Assembly: GCF_003334405.1 (NCBI RefSeq)
Contig: NZ_QOWM01000010.1
DNA from: Escherichia coli
GTDB taxonomy: Bacteria; Pseudomonadota; Gammaproteobacteria; Enterobacterales; Enterobacteriaceae
DNA: 64,000 nt
Reading direction: 5' to 3' (one strand)
The notes beneath the pieces are model-generated. The model was not told the origin of the DNA and ran no database searches. It saw nothing but the letters and a program-made list of their open reading frames with translations. The translations under genes were made by a program, and so were the position numbers. This document shows, piece by piece, positions 21,808-33,439 of the stretch. How positions within the stretch are numbered: the first letter of the stretch is position 1; each line of letters starts with the position of its first letter.

Positions 21808-21896
21808 TATGTAGGCATGATAAGACGCGCCAGCGTCGCATCAGGCATCGAGAGCCAAATGCCAGATGCGGCGTGAATGCCTTATCTGGCCTACGA
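21808..21896. repeat. BIME/REP element (two inverted REP palindromes) between ybaL and gsk
   Basis: gtaggcatgataagacgcgccagcgtcgcatcaggcat ... gccagatgcggcgtgaatgccttatctggcctac read directly. Confidence 0.85.
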
Positions 21897-21908
21897 ACCG
21901 ACGATAAC

Positions 21909-23213
21909 TTAACGATCCCAGTAAGACTCTTCCAGGCTGTCTTCACGCTCCGGCAAGCCGCGCGTTAAACGAGGTGAATGCTGGTTCAGTACCTGATAGC
22001 TCACACGGTTAGCATATTTACACACCTGCGCTAACGATGAATAAGTTAACCAGGTGAATTTATGTTTGCTGGAGTTTGGTACGTTGCTACGATGGTAGCT
22101 GTTGGCGGTAATGTCATGCAGCAACGCTGCCAATGCGCCATCCCCCGCTCCATTAGTGTTCATGATTTTTTCCGGCCCGCCCATGTACGGCGCAATGTGC
22201 GAATATACACGCAGCGGATTCTGGCAATCCTTGTGGCGCATGGCGCGGCTAAACTCATACTGGTTGAATTCCGCTATAGCGCCCGGCAGCAGCGGATGCT
22301 GGGTTTTACGTTTCGCTTCGTCTTCGGTAAAGCCCGCCATATACAAGCCGATTGGCCCGGCGGTGCACAGCACCAGATCTACCCAGTCCAGCGCCTTGTC
22401 AGATGCCAACAACGGATCGCTTTCTCCGGTCAACGCTTCGGCTTCATCTTCGTTCATCGCAAGGATAGAGACGTGATCTTTGAGGAATTGCTGCCACCAC
22501 TGCGGATTCTCGGCAATGACAAACTTGGTGCCCAGCGTCAGCACCACCGGTACGTTATATTTCTTCGCGTACTCAATGGCTTTCATGGTTGCTTCCGGCA
22601 TGGGTTCACCCGGCTTGCAACGCACCAGATATGAGGTGAGAACCAGTGCCGAGGCTCCGGCAATCACATCTTCCGGAATGCTTTCAGCCCGCAGCTGGTT
22701 CATGTGGCCTGGACTGATAGCAAAGGTACGTTCCCCGGACTCGCCAATCAGCGTAAAGCAACGACCAATCGGGCCATCCACGCCTTGTAGATAGTTAAGA
22801 TCGGTACGGCTGGAAGTGTTACACAGGTAACGATAGGCATAACTGCCAATTTCAATATTGCTGCACATGACGCCCAGCAGCACCGAACGGTCGTCCGCGA
22901 GCACCGAGTAGTTGTGCATGGTGTTACCAATGGTGCCACCCGCAAACTGATGGGTAATCAGGTTTTTCTGTTTTAGTTCCTGATAAAGCACTTCGGCTAC
23001 ATCATCCTCAATCACCAGTGAATGCCCGGCGCTTAATCCATAACGCTCAATAAATTCATCATCCACTTTCGCTTCAATATCGACCAGCGTTTGATCGATA
23101 CCCACTACCCAGGCAGCGCTGGTTTCGTTTTCTGGCTGGAATTGCTGAAGCAGCGGATCGCGTGCGTTTACGGGGAAGTAATGTTTGGATTTACGTTTAC
23201 CGGGAAATTTCAT
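21909..23213 (-). CDS. gsk: Inosine-guanosine kinase, 434 aa
   Basis: ORF track 434 aa; PfkB/ribokinase-like carbohydrate kinase fold. Confidence 0.93.
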   Translation of the reverse strand: MKFPGKRKSKHYFPVNARDPLLQQFQPENETSAAWVVGIDQTLVDIEAKVDDEFIERYGLSAGHSLVIEDDVAEVLYQELKQKNLITHQFAGGTIGNTMHNYSVLADDRSVLLGVMCSNIEIGSYAYRYLCNTSSRTDLNYLQGVDGPIGRCFTLIGESGERTFAISPGHMNQLRAESIPEDVIAGASALVLTSYLVRCKPGEPMPEATMKAIEYAKKYNVPVVLTLGTKFVIAENPQWWQQFLKDHVSILAMNEDEAEALTGESDPLLASDKALDWVDLVLCTAGPIGLYMAGFTEDEAKRKTQHPLLPGAIAEFNQYEFSRAMRHKDCQNPLRVYSHIAPYMGGPEKIMNTNGAGDGALAALLHDITANSYHRSNVPNSSKHKFTWLTYSSLAQVCKYANRVSYQVLNQHSPRLTRGLPEREDSLEESYWDR

Positions 23214-23364
23214 GGTTGTTTTTACGGGTGGTTAACTGAGCGGCGAATGTTAACACAATCTGACGGGAGCGCGCGAGACGCAGCCAGTTTCAATATCAGC
23301 AGGCGGGATCGCATTTTCATGGCAGTGGTTCCTTACAATGACGTAATTTGAAAGGAGTTTTTGT

Positions 23365-24324
23365 ATGAAGCCGGAAAACAAACTACCTGTTCTGGACCTT
23401 ATTTCTGCTGAAATGAAGACCGTTGTGAATACTCTTCAGCCGGATTTACCGCCCTGGCCCGCAACGGGAACGATTGCTGAGCAACGACAGTATTACACGC
23501 TTGAGCGCCGATTCTGGAATGCGGGCGCTCCAGAAATGGCAACCAGAGCTTACATGGTTCCAACAAAATATGGGCAGGTGGAAACACGTCTCTTTTGTCC
23601 GCAGCCAGATAGCCCAGCGACGCTATTTTATTTGCATGGAGGCGGTTTTATTCTCGGCAATCTCGATACCCACGATCGCATCATGCGCCTGCTGGCAAGC
23701 TACAGCCAATGTACGGTGATTGGTATTGATTACACCCTTTCACCTGAAGCGCGTTTTCCGCAAGCGATAGAGGAAATTGTGGCTGCTTGTTGTTATTTCC
23801 ACCAGCAGGCGGAGGATTATCAAATCAATATGTCCCGCATTGGCTTTGCCGGTGATTCCGCAGGTGCCATGCTGGCGCTCGCCAGTGCGTTGTGGTTGCG
23901 TGATAAACAGATCGATTGCGGTAAAGTTGCGGGCGTTTTGCTGTGGTATGGGCTTTACGGATTACGGGATTCCGTGACTCGTCGTCTGTTGGGCGGTGTC
24001 TGGGATGGCTTAACGCAACAGGATTTGCAGATGTACGAAGAGGCATATTTAAGCAACGACGCGGACCGCGAGTCGCCGTATTACTGTCTGTTTAATAATG
24101 ATCTCACTCGCGAAGTTCCGCCCTGTTTTATTGCCGGGGCGGAGTTCGATCCGCTGCTGGATGACAGCCGTCTGCTTTACCAGACGTTAGCGGCGCATCA
24201 GCAGCCCTGTGAGTTCAAACTCTACCCAGGCACGCTGCACGCCTTTTTGCATTATTCACGGATGATGAAAACCGCCGACGAGGCTCTTCGCGACGGCGCT
24301 CAGTTCTTTACCGCTCAGCTTTAG
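23365..24324 (+). CDS. aes: Acetyl esterase (hormone-sensitive-lipase family), 319 aa
   Basis: ORF track 319 aa; oxyanion-hole motif HGGGF and nucleophile motif GDSAGA. Confidence 0.95.
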
Positions 24325-25283
24325 CGATACGCGGCAACAAGATTAGCCATCATTTCGATATGTTCCGGCGTGGCATTAAGCGCCGGAATATATTCATATT
24401 TTTTCCCGCCGGCACCGAGGAAGACCTCACGGTTTTGCTCGGCAATCTCTTCCAGCGTCTCCAGACAATCCGCAGCAAAGCCCGGGCACATCACCTGAAT
24501 ATGACCTACGCCTTTTTCTCCGAGCATTTTCAGCGTTTCGTCGGTATAAGGCATCAGCCAGGGTTCCCGACCAAAGCGCGACTGAAAGGTCATCATCACT
24601 TTTTCCGGTGCCATCCCCAATGCGGAAGCCAGTTCACGAGTCGTTGTGCGGCAACGTTGCGGGTAATCATCGCCTTCATCTGCATAACGCTGGGGAATGC
24701 CATGATAAGAGAGCAGTAGCAGATCCGGTTCGCCATGTTTGGCAAAAGAAGCGCGTACGCTGTTCGCCAGTGCATTAATGTAATCGTGGTTATCGGCGTA
24801 ATCACGTATAAACGATATCCCTGGAATGCTACGTTTGCGCGCCAGAATGCGTGCCAGTTCATCCCATACCGCACCGACCGTAGAACAGGAGAATTGCGGA
24901 TAAAGCGGCAGCACCACAATATGATCTACATGCTCTGCCAGGAGTTCATCTACGGCGCTTTCCAGTGATGGCGAGCCGTAGCTCATTCCCAGCGCTACGG
25001 GCATCTCCGGTAAACGTTGTGCCAGCGCCTGCTGTTGCTGGCGGCTGTAAACCATCAGCGGCGAGCCACCTTCCATCCAGACAGAGGCATACAGCTTCGC
25101 CACACGCGGCGAGCGCAGCGGCAAAATCACGCCGCGCAGCAATGGCCACCATAACAACCGTGAGGTATCAACCACGCGTCTGTCGCTTAAAAATTGTTTC
25201 AGATAGCGTTTTACCGCTTCAGGTGTGGGGGCATCGGGCGTACCCAGGTTTGCCAGCAGGATACCGGTTTTAGTCTGACGCAT
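24321..25283 (-). CDS. hemH: Ferrochelatase, 320 aa
   Basis: ORF track 320 aa; 3' end overlaps the aes 3' end by 4 nt (convergent). Confidence 0.95.
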
Positions 25284-25439
25284 TACCGCCTCTTATCGAT
25301 TCAACTTGTTGATAATTGTAGCGGAAAAGTGAGGAAGAAGAACTAATTGCTGTGAGAGGTCAAATCAGAAAAAGGAATAGCGCAGATTGAGGTTTTTGTA
25401 AAAGGCCGAATGAATATCCGGCCTGAGATTGCTGATAAG

Positions 25440-25505
25440 TTTGCTTGTGCGGGCCTGTTCCCCTCACCCTAACCCTCTCCCCGAGGGGGCGAGGGGACTG
25501 TCCGT
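25440..25505. repeat. GC-rich imperfect palindromic intergenic element (not REP-type) between hemH and adk
   Basis: cccctcaccctaaccctctccccgagggggcgaggggac: a CCCTCnCCC / GGGnGAGGG-type dyad. I cannot name the repeat family with confidence. Confidence 0.5.
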
Positions 25506-25518
25506 GCGCGCTTTCGAA

Positions 25519-26235
<717 letters not shown>

Positions 26236-26300
26236 TCAAGAAAGGCACCTGGGGCTGAAACGGTTAATGGCGAGATAATTTGCGGAAAGTGCAGATGATG

Positions 26301-26339
26301 AAAAGAAAAATGCCGGATGACACGAAGGTCATCCGGCAT
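26301..26339 (-). terminator. Intrinsic terminator downstream of htpG
   Basis: On the minus strand: hairpin aatgccggatgac-cttcgtg-tcatccggcatt followed by a U-rich tract (tttttctttt). Confidence 0.7.
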
Positions 26340-26343
26340 TACA

Positions 26344-28218
26344 TCAGGAAACCAGCAGCTGGTTCATACGACGAATAAACAGGTTCGGATCTTCCAGCGT
26401 GCCGCGTTCTGCCAGCAGCGCCTGATCCAGCAGCAGTTCTACCCACTCGCTGAACTTCGCTTCATCTTCAGTATCTGCCGCACGTTTCACCAGTACGTGA
26501 TCCGGGTTCAGTTCGAAGATGTATTTCACTTCTGGCACTTTCTGGCCCGCCGCAGCGAACAGTTTCGCCATCTGAGTGCTCATTTCGTCCGCGTCGGTCG
26601 AAACGATCGCTGGCGTATCGGTCAGACGGTGAGTCAGACGGACATCTTTCACGCGCTCGCCGAGCAGGGCTTTCACACGGTCGATGAACGGAGTCAGTGC
26701 TTTCTCCGCTTCTTTCGCGCTCTCATCAACTTCGTCAGCCAGTTTTTCAAGCGACTCGTCAACTTTAGACACCGACTGGAACGGTTTACCGTCGAACTCA
26801 GTCAGATAGTTCATCATCCACTCATCGATGCGGTCGGAAAGCAGCAGAACTTCGATGCCTTTCTTACGCAGCAGTTCCAGGTGCGGGCTGCTCTTCGCTG
26901 CCGCATAGCTGTCTGCGGTGATGTAGTAGATTTTCTCCTGCCCTTCTTTCATGCGGGAAACGTAGTCTTCCAGAGATACGGTCTGCGCAGAAGAATCGGT
27001 ATGGGTAGAAGCAAAACGCAGCAGTTTGGCGATCGCTTCCTGGTTAGCGAAATCTTCCGCCGGACCTTCTTTCAGTACCAGGCCAAACTGTTGCCAGAAG
27101 GTCTGGTATTTTTCCGCGTCGTCTTTCGCCAGTTTTTCCAGCATTTGCAGCACACGCTTGGTCAGCGCATTGCGCAGGTTACGCGTTACCGTGCTGTCCT
27201 GGAGGATTTCACGGGAAACGTTCAGCGGCAGATCGCTGGAGTCAATCAGACCACGCACGAAGCGCAGATAGTTCGGCATGAACTGTTCTGCGTCGTCCAT
27301 GATGAACACACGCTGAACATACAGTTTCAGGCCGTGTTTATGATCGCGGTTCCACATATCCCACGGAGCCTGGGACGGGATGTACAGCAGGCTGGTGTAC
27401 TCCTGCTTACCTTCAACACGGTTGTGGCTCCAGGTCAGCGGATCATTAAAGTCGTGGGCGATGTGTTTGTAGAACTCTTTGTACTCTTCATCGGTGATTT
27501 CCGACTTGTTACGAGTCCACAGCGCCTGCGCTTTGTTGATTTTCTCCCAGGAGATAACGGTTTCGCCGTCTTTCTCTTCGCGTTTTTCGATCTCTACCGG
27601 CAGCGCGATATGGTCGGAGTATTTGCTGATGATGGAACGCACGCGCCAGTCATCGAGGAACTCGTCTTCGCCTTCACGCAGATGCAGGGTGATTTCAGTA
27701 CCACGATCTTCTTTGGTGATGTCGGCAACGGTGTATTCACCTTCGCCAGCCGATTCCCAGAAGACGCCATTTTCTGGTTTTTCGCCTGCCGCGCGAGTAC
27801 GCACGGTCACTTTGTCGGCCACGATAAACGCAGAGTAGAAACCAACACCAAACTGACCGATCAGCTGGCTGTCTTTCGCCTGGTCAGAACCCAGGGATTC
27901 GAGGAATGATTTGGTACCGGATTTAGCGATAGTCCCCAGATGGTCAATCACTTCGTCGCGGGTCATCCCCACGCCGTTATCGGAGATGGTCAGCGTACGC
28001 TTGTCTTTATCGAAAGAGACACGAACGCGTAGTTCGCCATCACCTTCGTACAGGTCCGGGTTAGAGAGCGCACGGAAACGCAGCTTGTCCGCCGCATCGG
28101 AGGCGTTAGAGATAAGCTCACGCAGGAAGATTTCTTTATTGGAATAGAGAGAATGGATCATCAGGTGCAGAAGCTGTTTCACTTCTGACTGAAAACCACG
28201 AGTTTCTTGTCCTTTCAT
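26344..28218 (-). CDS. htpG: Hsp90-family molecular chaperone HtpG, 624 aa
   Basis: ORF track 624 aa; GHKL ATPase N-terminus ([21 protein letters not shown]). Confidence 0.97.
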   Translation of the reverse strand: MKGQETRGFQSEVKQLLHLMIHSLYSNKEIFLRELISNASDAADKLRFRALSNPDLYEGDGELRVRVSFDKDKRTLTISDNGVGMTRDEVIDHLGTIAKSGTKSFLESLGSDQAKDSQLIGQFGVGFYSAFIVADKVTVRTRAAGEKPENGVFWESAGEGEYTVADITKEDRGTEITLHLREGEDEFLDDWRVRSIISKYSDHIALPVEIEKREEKDGETVISWEKINKAQALWTRNKSEITDEEYKEFYKHIAHDFNDPLTWSHNRVEGKQEYTSLLYIPSQAPWDMWNRDHKHGLKLYVQRVFIMDDAEQFMPNYLRFVRGLIDSSDLPLNVSREILQDSTVTRNLRNALTKRVLQMLEKLAKDDAEKYQTFWQQFGLVLKEGPAEDFANQEAIAKLLRFASTHTDSSAQTVSLEDYVSRMKEGQEKIYYITADSYAAAKSSPHLELLRKKGIEVLLLSDRIDEWMMNYLTEFDGKPFQSVSKVDESLEKLADEVDESAKEAEKALTPFIDRVKALLGERVKDVRLTHRLTDTPAIVSTDADEMSTQMAKLFAAAGQKVPEVKYIFELNPDHVLVKRAADTEDEAKFSEWVELLLDQALLAERGTLEDPNLFIRRMNQLLVS

Positions 28219-28269
28219 GTAGGTCTACCTCAATAATGCCATTTTAAGGTTAAAAACAGGATGTGGGAG

Positions 28270-28298
28270 AGATGGGGACAAGGGAGAATAATTTCAAG
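28270..28298 (-). promoter_or_regulatory. sigma32 (heat-shock) promoter of htpG
   Basis: Minus strand reads CTTGAAA-ttattctcccttgt-CCCCATCT, matching the sigma32 -35 / -10 consensus with a 14-nt spacer, about 50 bp upstream of the htpG start. Confidence 0.75.
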
Positions 28299-28327
28299 CG
28301 AGAGCAGGTGATCCTGCTCTCGTTTGC

Positions 28328-28932
28328 TTAAAAACGAATCTTATGACGCCCGGCAAGGGAGTGTGACAACGTGGTGCCGTCGACCATTTCCAGCTCGCCG
28401 CCAACCGGAACGCCATGAGCGATTCGGCTGGCTTCCACGTCATATTGCGCGCAAAGCTCGGCAATGTAGTTAGCGGTAGCTTCACCTTCAACCGTGGGGT
28501 TGGTGGCGAGGATCACTTCAGTGATTTTTTCCTCTGCCAGACGCTGTTCCAGACGATCAAGCCCGATATCATCCGGACCGATGCCGTCCAGCGGTGACAG
28601 ATGCCCCATCAACACAAAATAACGACCTGAAAACTGCCCCGTCTGCTCAATGGCGTAGATGTCCGCCGGACTCTCCACCACGCAGATTTGACCGTTTTCC
28701 TGACGACGCGGATTCGAACAGATGTTACAGACTTCCTGTTCGGTGAAAGTGCGGCAATCGGCGCAGTGGCCGATTTCCGACATCGCCCGGGTGAGCGCCT
28801 GCGCCAGACGCATCCCGCCGCTACGATCGCGCTGAAGCAGCGTGAACGCCATACGCTGCGCCGACTTCGGGCCAACGCCCGGCAGACAGCGCAGTGCTTC
28901 CATAAGCTGTGTTAACAGCGGGCTGGTTTGCA

Positions 28933-28933
<1 letters not shown>
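28328..28933 (-). CDS. recR: Recombination protein RecR, 201 aa
   Basis: ORF track 201 aa; C4 zinc finger ([16 protein letters not shown]) and Toprim domain. Confidence 0.96.
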
Positions 28934-29277
<344 letters not shown>

Positions 29278-29314
29278 TCACGTTAAGGATGACGAACGTA
29301 AGCTGTGCTTACGA

Positions 29315-31246
29315 TCAAATGGGGCGGATACTTTCTTCATCCAGCTCCGCATCGAAGAACCGACGCAGGGTCTGAATATTATTATCCGCAATAATGGACT
29401 CGCGCGCCTGCGCAAGTTTTTCTTCGTATATCGCCTGACGCCACTCCAGCGGCGTACGCACCGCGGGATTATCATCTTCAACGATAGTCAGTTCAACCGT
29501 TGAACCTTTTAACATGCTCAACGCTTCAGCCAGTTTTTGCTGTGCACCGCGGTTGTTCAAATGCCGCTGAGAGGAGCGCAAATGCAGACATACTGCGTTG
29601 TCGCTCTCCTCTTTCCAGGCATTTAACGCCACCTGTTCGACCAGTTTTGGTAGCGAAAGTTGGCTCACCTGTGCCGCCCACGGGTCGCGCTCAATGGCTT
29701 CTGCCGCTAGCTTCGCCGCCAGTTCCGGCGTTTTTTCATGTTCCAGCGCTTTTTTCAGCGCCTTCGGCGTGGCGACCACTTCTTTTTGCTGCATCACCGG
29801 AGTGGTCGCCTTCCAGCGATACGCTTCTTTTTTGGCTGGCGCTTTTTCCAGCGCCGATGGCACCGGACGCGCCTGAACGCGATCGGTGACCGAAGCCAGT
29901 CTTTCCAGCGCAGCGTTATTCACCGGCCGCGCGCGGGTAGCGGCTGCCGGTTCACTCTTTTTTGCTTTGGTTGCTCCCTGCACGCGCTGCAACTGCTGGC
30001 GCGCCGCCAGCACCTGGCTGGTGGTTTCCGGGAGCGGTACAGTCGGTGCCTGCTGCGGCGCTGATTGCGGTTGCGGCGGCACCTGGGTTGGCGTCATTAC
30101 TGCCGTTGGCGCGACGGGTGCAAAGGACTGTCGTGGCACTTCTGGCTCAGGCAGCGGCATACGCGGATGGAATGCCAGCGCGCGCAGCAGCGTCATCTCA
30201 ACGCCCATGCGACGGTCCGGCGCATACGGTAATTCTTTGCGACCAATCAACAGCGTCTGATAGTAAAGCTGAATATCCGTCGGCGGTATGGTGCGCGCCA
30301 GTTCACGCATCCGCAGCTCGATGGCGGCCATGTCGTTGCCAAGTGCAGCAGGCGAAAGTTGTACCATCGCAATACGATGCAACAGGCCGAGCATTTCCAC
30401 CAGCAACGCTTCCCACTCGATACCACGGGCAGCGGCTTCATTAATCAGCGCCATTACGCGCTCGCCGTTGGCCTCGACCATCGCTTCAACCAGCGACAGC
30501 GCCTGATCGTCGTCAAGCGTACCCAGCATCGCACTGACCGCCTGGGTTGAAACCTGGCCGTCACCGCTGGCAATCGCCTGGTCGGTCAGACTTAAGGCAT
30601 CTCGCAGGCTGCCTTCAGCGGCGCGTGCCAGCAATTGCAGCGCCCGCGGCTCGTGAGCGATATGTTCTTCGTTGAGGATGTGCTCAAGCTGATGGCGAAT
30701 TTGCTCGACATCCAGCGCCTTGAGATGAAATTGCAGACAGCGTGACAAAATCGTCACCGGCAATTTCTGTGGATCGGTCGTCGCCAGCAGAAACTTAACG
30801 TGCTCCGGCGGCTCTTCAAGGGTTTTTAACAGTGCGTTAAAGCTGTGGCGCGACAGCATATGCACTTCGTCGATCAGATAAACTTTGAAACGACCACGCG
30901 CCGGAGCGTACTGGACGTTATCCAGCAGGTCGCGGGTATCTTCAACTTTGGTGCGCGAGGCGGCGTCGATTTCAATCAGATCGACAAAGCGCCCCTGCTC
31001 GATTTCACGACAGTTATCGCACACGCCGCACGGCGTCGCGGTAATGCCGGTTTCGCAGTTTAGCCCCTTCGCCAGCAGTCGGGCGATAGAGGTTTTTCCG
31101 ACGCCACGGGTGCCGGAAAAAAGATAAGCATGATGAATACGCCCTAACGACAAGCCGTTCGCCAGTGCGGTCAGCACATGTTCCTGGCCGACGACGTCAG
31201 CAAAGGTTTGTGGGCGCCATTTTCGGGCTAAGACCTGATAACTCAT
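29315..31246 (-). CDS. dnaX: DNA polymerase III subunits tau/gamma, 643 aa (tau)
   Basis: ORF track 643 aa; AAA+ clamp-loader motifs (GTRGVGKTS Walker A, zinc module CGVCDNC). Confidence 0.97.
   Translation of the reverse strand: MSYQVLARKWRPQTFADVVGQEHVLTALANGLSLGRIHHAYLFSGTRGVGKTSIARLLAKGLNCETGITATPCGVCDNCREIEQGRFVDLIEIDAASRTKVEDTRDLLDNVQYAPARGRFKVYLIDEVHMLSRHSFNALLKTLEEPPEHVKFLLATTDPQKLPVTILSRCLQFHLKALDVEQIRHQLEHILNEEHIAHEPRALQLLARAAEGSLRDALSLTDQAIASGDGQVSTQAVSAMLGTLDDDQALSLVEAMVEANGERVMALINEAAARGIEWEALLVEMLGLLHRIAMVQLSPAALGNDMAAIELRMRELARTIPPTDIQLYYQTLLIGRKELPYAPDRRMGVEMTLLRALAFHPRMPLPEPEVPRQSFAPVAPTAVMTPTQVPPQPQSAPQQAPTVPLPETTSQVLAARQQLQRVQGATKAKKSEPAAATRARPVNNAALERLASVTDRVQARPVPSALEKAPAKKEAYRWKATTPVMQQKEVVATPKALKKALEHEKTPELAAKLAAEAIERDPWAAQVSQLSLPKLVEQVALNAWKEESDNAVCLHLRSSQRHLNNRGAQQKLAEALSMLKGSTVELTIVEDDNPAVRTPLEWRQAIYEEKLAQARESIIADNNIQTLRRFFDAELDEESIRPI
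29957..29963 (-). other. Programmed -1 ribosomal frameshift site of dnaX (A AAA AAG), which yields the gamma subunit
   Basis: Minus strand reads GCAACCAAAGCAAAAAAGAGTGAA; the heptamer is in-frame at Lys429-Lys430 and the -1 frame reads AAA AAA GAG TGA (stop). Confidence 0.85.
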
Positions 31247-31374
31247 TGGCAGGCTCTGAAACGCTGGAAGGTGGATTCACGAAGGGGTAATGCTAACACA
31301 GCCCCGTCAGAACGGCGAGGCTGAATGCACATCTTGTGCTGTCCGTAGCGTGGGCAGCACAAGACTGGCGATAA

Positions 31375-31926
31375 TTAATGGCCCGGGAACGGGACAAGGC
31401 TGTAGCTGGTAATGCCCTGTTTTTCGAGACGCTGTTCGCCGCCGAGATCGAACAGGTTGATAATGAACGCAGCGTCAGCCACTTCACCACCCAGACGACG
31501 GATCAGTTTAACGGTCGCTTCGATAGTGCCGCCGGTTGCCAGCAGGTCGTCCACCACCAGAACTTTGTCGCCCGGTTTGATGGCATCAACGTGGATCTCC
31601 AGCTGATCGGTGCCGTATTCCAGGTCGTAAGTTTCACTGATGGTTTCACGCGGCAGTTTGCCCGGTTTACGGACCGGTACAAAGCCAACGCCCAGACCCA
31701 GAGCTACCGGAGCGCCAAACAAGAAGCCACGCGCTTCGGTGCCGACAACTTTGGTAATGCCCGCATTTTTGTAACGCTCAACCAGCAAGTCGATGCTGAG
31801 AGCGTAAGCTTTCGGGTCTTCCAGTAAGCTGGTGACATCGCGGAAAAGAATGCCGGGTTTTGGGTAGTCCTGAATGCTTTTGATGCTATTTTTGAGATAC
31901 TCAAGCTGCTGTGCAGTCGCGGTCAT
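31375..31926 (-). CDS. apt: Adenine phosphoribosyltransferase, 183 aa
   Basis: ORF track 31375..31980; trimmed to the ATG at 31926 ([13 protein letters not shown]...). PRPP-binding motif [13 protein letters not shown]. Confidence 0.95.
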
Positions 31927-32078
31927 AAGTGTATGCCTGCTTGTTACGGTGGTACTCACGGCGCGTTTTAAACGTATCAAAAGTAACAGTTGTTTAACCT
32001 TTGACCGCCTGCGCCTGTGCTCGAAAACGCCAGAATGTACTGGCTGTACGCAATAATTGCAACTGCGATTGTTGTGCT

Positions 32079-32456
32079 TCAGTGCTTTTCTTGCTTTTCA
32101 TCAATCACCGGAATTCGCCACATATAGAAAAGCAAACAGGCGAGAATTACCAGCAACATGATGCGCACCCATGGCATCTGGACGAACCACAGAGAAATGG
32201 CAAACGTGAGCAAAATAAGCAAAATCGCCCGCGGTTTGACGCCGCGCGGCATCGCATGATGTTTCTGCCAGAAACGTAGATAGCTGCCAAACCATGAGCG
32301 GTACAGCAACCAGGCGTGAAAGCGCGGGGAAGAACGGGCAAAGCACCAGGCCGCCAGCAGGATAAACGGCGTCGTCGGTAATACCGGTAATACCACGCCC
32401 AGCGTACCCAGCACTACCGCCAGCCAGCCAATGATGATTAAAATGATTCGTTGCAT
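32079..32456 (-). CDS. ybaN: DUF454-family inner membrane protein, 125 aa
   Basis: ORF track 125 aa; hydrophobic small membrane protein. Confidence 0.88.
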
Positions 32457-32525
32457 ATTGAGTGTTGTCAGCTTACAGAGTGGCTACTTTAGCATAACAA
32501 TTATCATTTTCATTGAGGTCTTATC

Positions 32526-33053
32526 GTGAAAACCGCCCTGCTGCTGGAAAAACTGGAAGGACAGCTCGCTACGCTGCGTCAGCGTTGTGCCCCGGTGTCA
32601 CAGTTCGCCACGCTAAGTGCTCGTTTCGACAGGCATCTTTTTCAGACTCGTGCGACAACACTACAGGCTTGTCTCGACGAGGCGGGCGATAATCTGGCTG
32701 CGCTTCGTCATGCAGTTGAGCAGCAACAGCTGCCGCAAGTGGCCTGGCTGGCGGAACATCTGGCGGCACAACTGGAAGCCATCGCGCGTGAAGCCTCCGC
32801 CTGGTCATTGCGCGAGTGGGACAGTGCACCACCGAAAATTGCCCGCTGGCAGCGTAAACGTATTCAGCATCAGGATTTTGAGCGGCGGCTACGTGAGATG
32901 GTTGCCGAACGCAGAGCCCGTCTGGCGCGGGTGACCGATCTCGTGGAACAGCAAACGCTGCATCGTGAAGTGGAAGCCTATGAAGCGCGCCTGGCACGCT
33001 GCCGCCATGCGCTGGAAAAAATCGAAAACAGGTTAGCGCGTTTAACCCGCTAG
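32526..33053 (+). CDS. priC: Primosomal replication protein N'' (PriC), 175 aa
   Basis: ORF track 175 aa; basic helical protein. Confidence 0.9.
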
Positions 33054-33066
33054 CAATGGAGAGAAT

Positions 33067-33228
33067 ATGTCACTGGAAAATGCCCCTGACGATGTCAAAC
33101 TGGCTGTCGATTTGATTGTGCTGCTGGAGGAAAATCAGATCCCTGCCAGTACCGTGCTGCGCGCGCTGGATATTGTAAAGCGTGATTATGAAAAGAAATT
33201 AACGCGCGATGATGAGGCGGAAAAGTGA
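33067..33228 (+). CDS. ybaM: Small protein YbaM (DUF2496), 53 aa
   Basis: Hand-translated: ATG at 33067 gives [53 protein letters not shown], stop at 33226..33228. Below the ORF-track size cutoff. Confidence 0.85.
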
Positions 33229-33280
33229 GAAATAAATGGGGTCGCTAAATGTCCCCTAAGGTTGCGGGCAAACGCAAAAC

Positions 33281-33380
33281 TGCCTGATGCGCTACGCTTA
33301 TCAGGCCTACACCGCTCCTGCAATATATTGAATTCTTGCGGTTTCGTAGGCCGGATAAGGCGGTCACGCCGCATCCGGCA
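33281..33380. repeat. BIME/REP element between ybaM and mscK
   Basis: tgcctgatgcgctacgcttatcaggcctac ... gtaggccggataaggcggtcacgccgcatccggca read directly. Confidence 0.85.
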
Positions 33381-33439
33381 TGAACAACGCGCACTTTGTT
33401 AGCAATCTCGGGGCAACTAAATGTTGCCCCCTTTCGTTT

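Noticed and set aside
26317-27909. 530-aa ORF antisense to htpG
   Set aside because: Completely embedded in htpG on the opposite strand; long antisense open frames are common in highly expressed, codon-biased genes; no recognisable domain.
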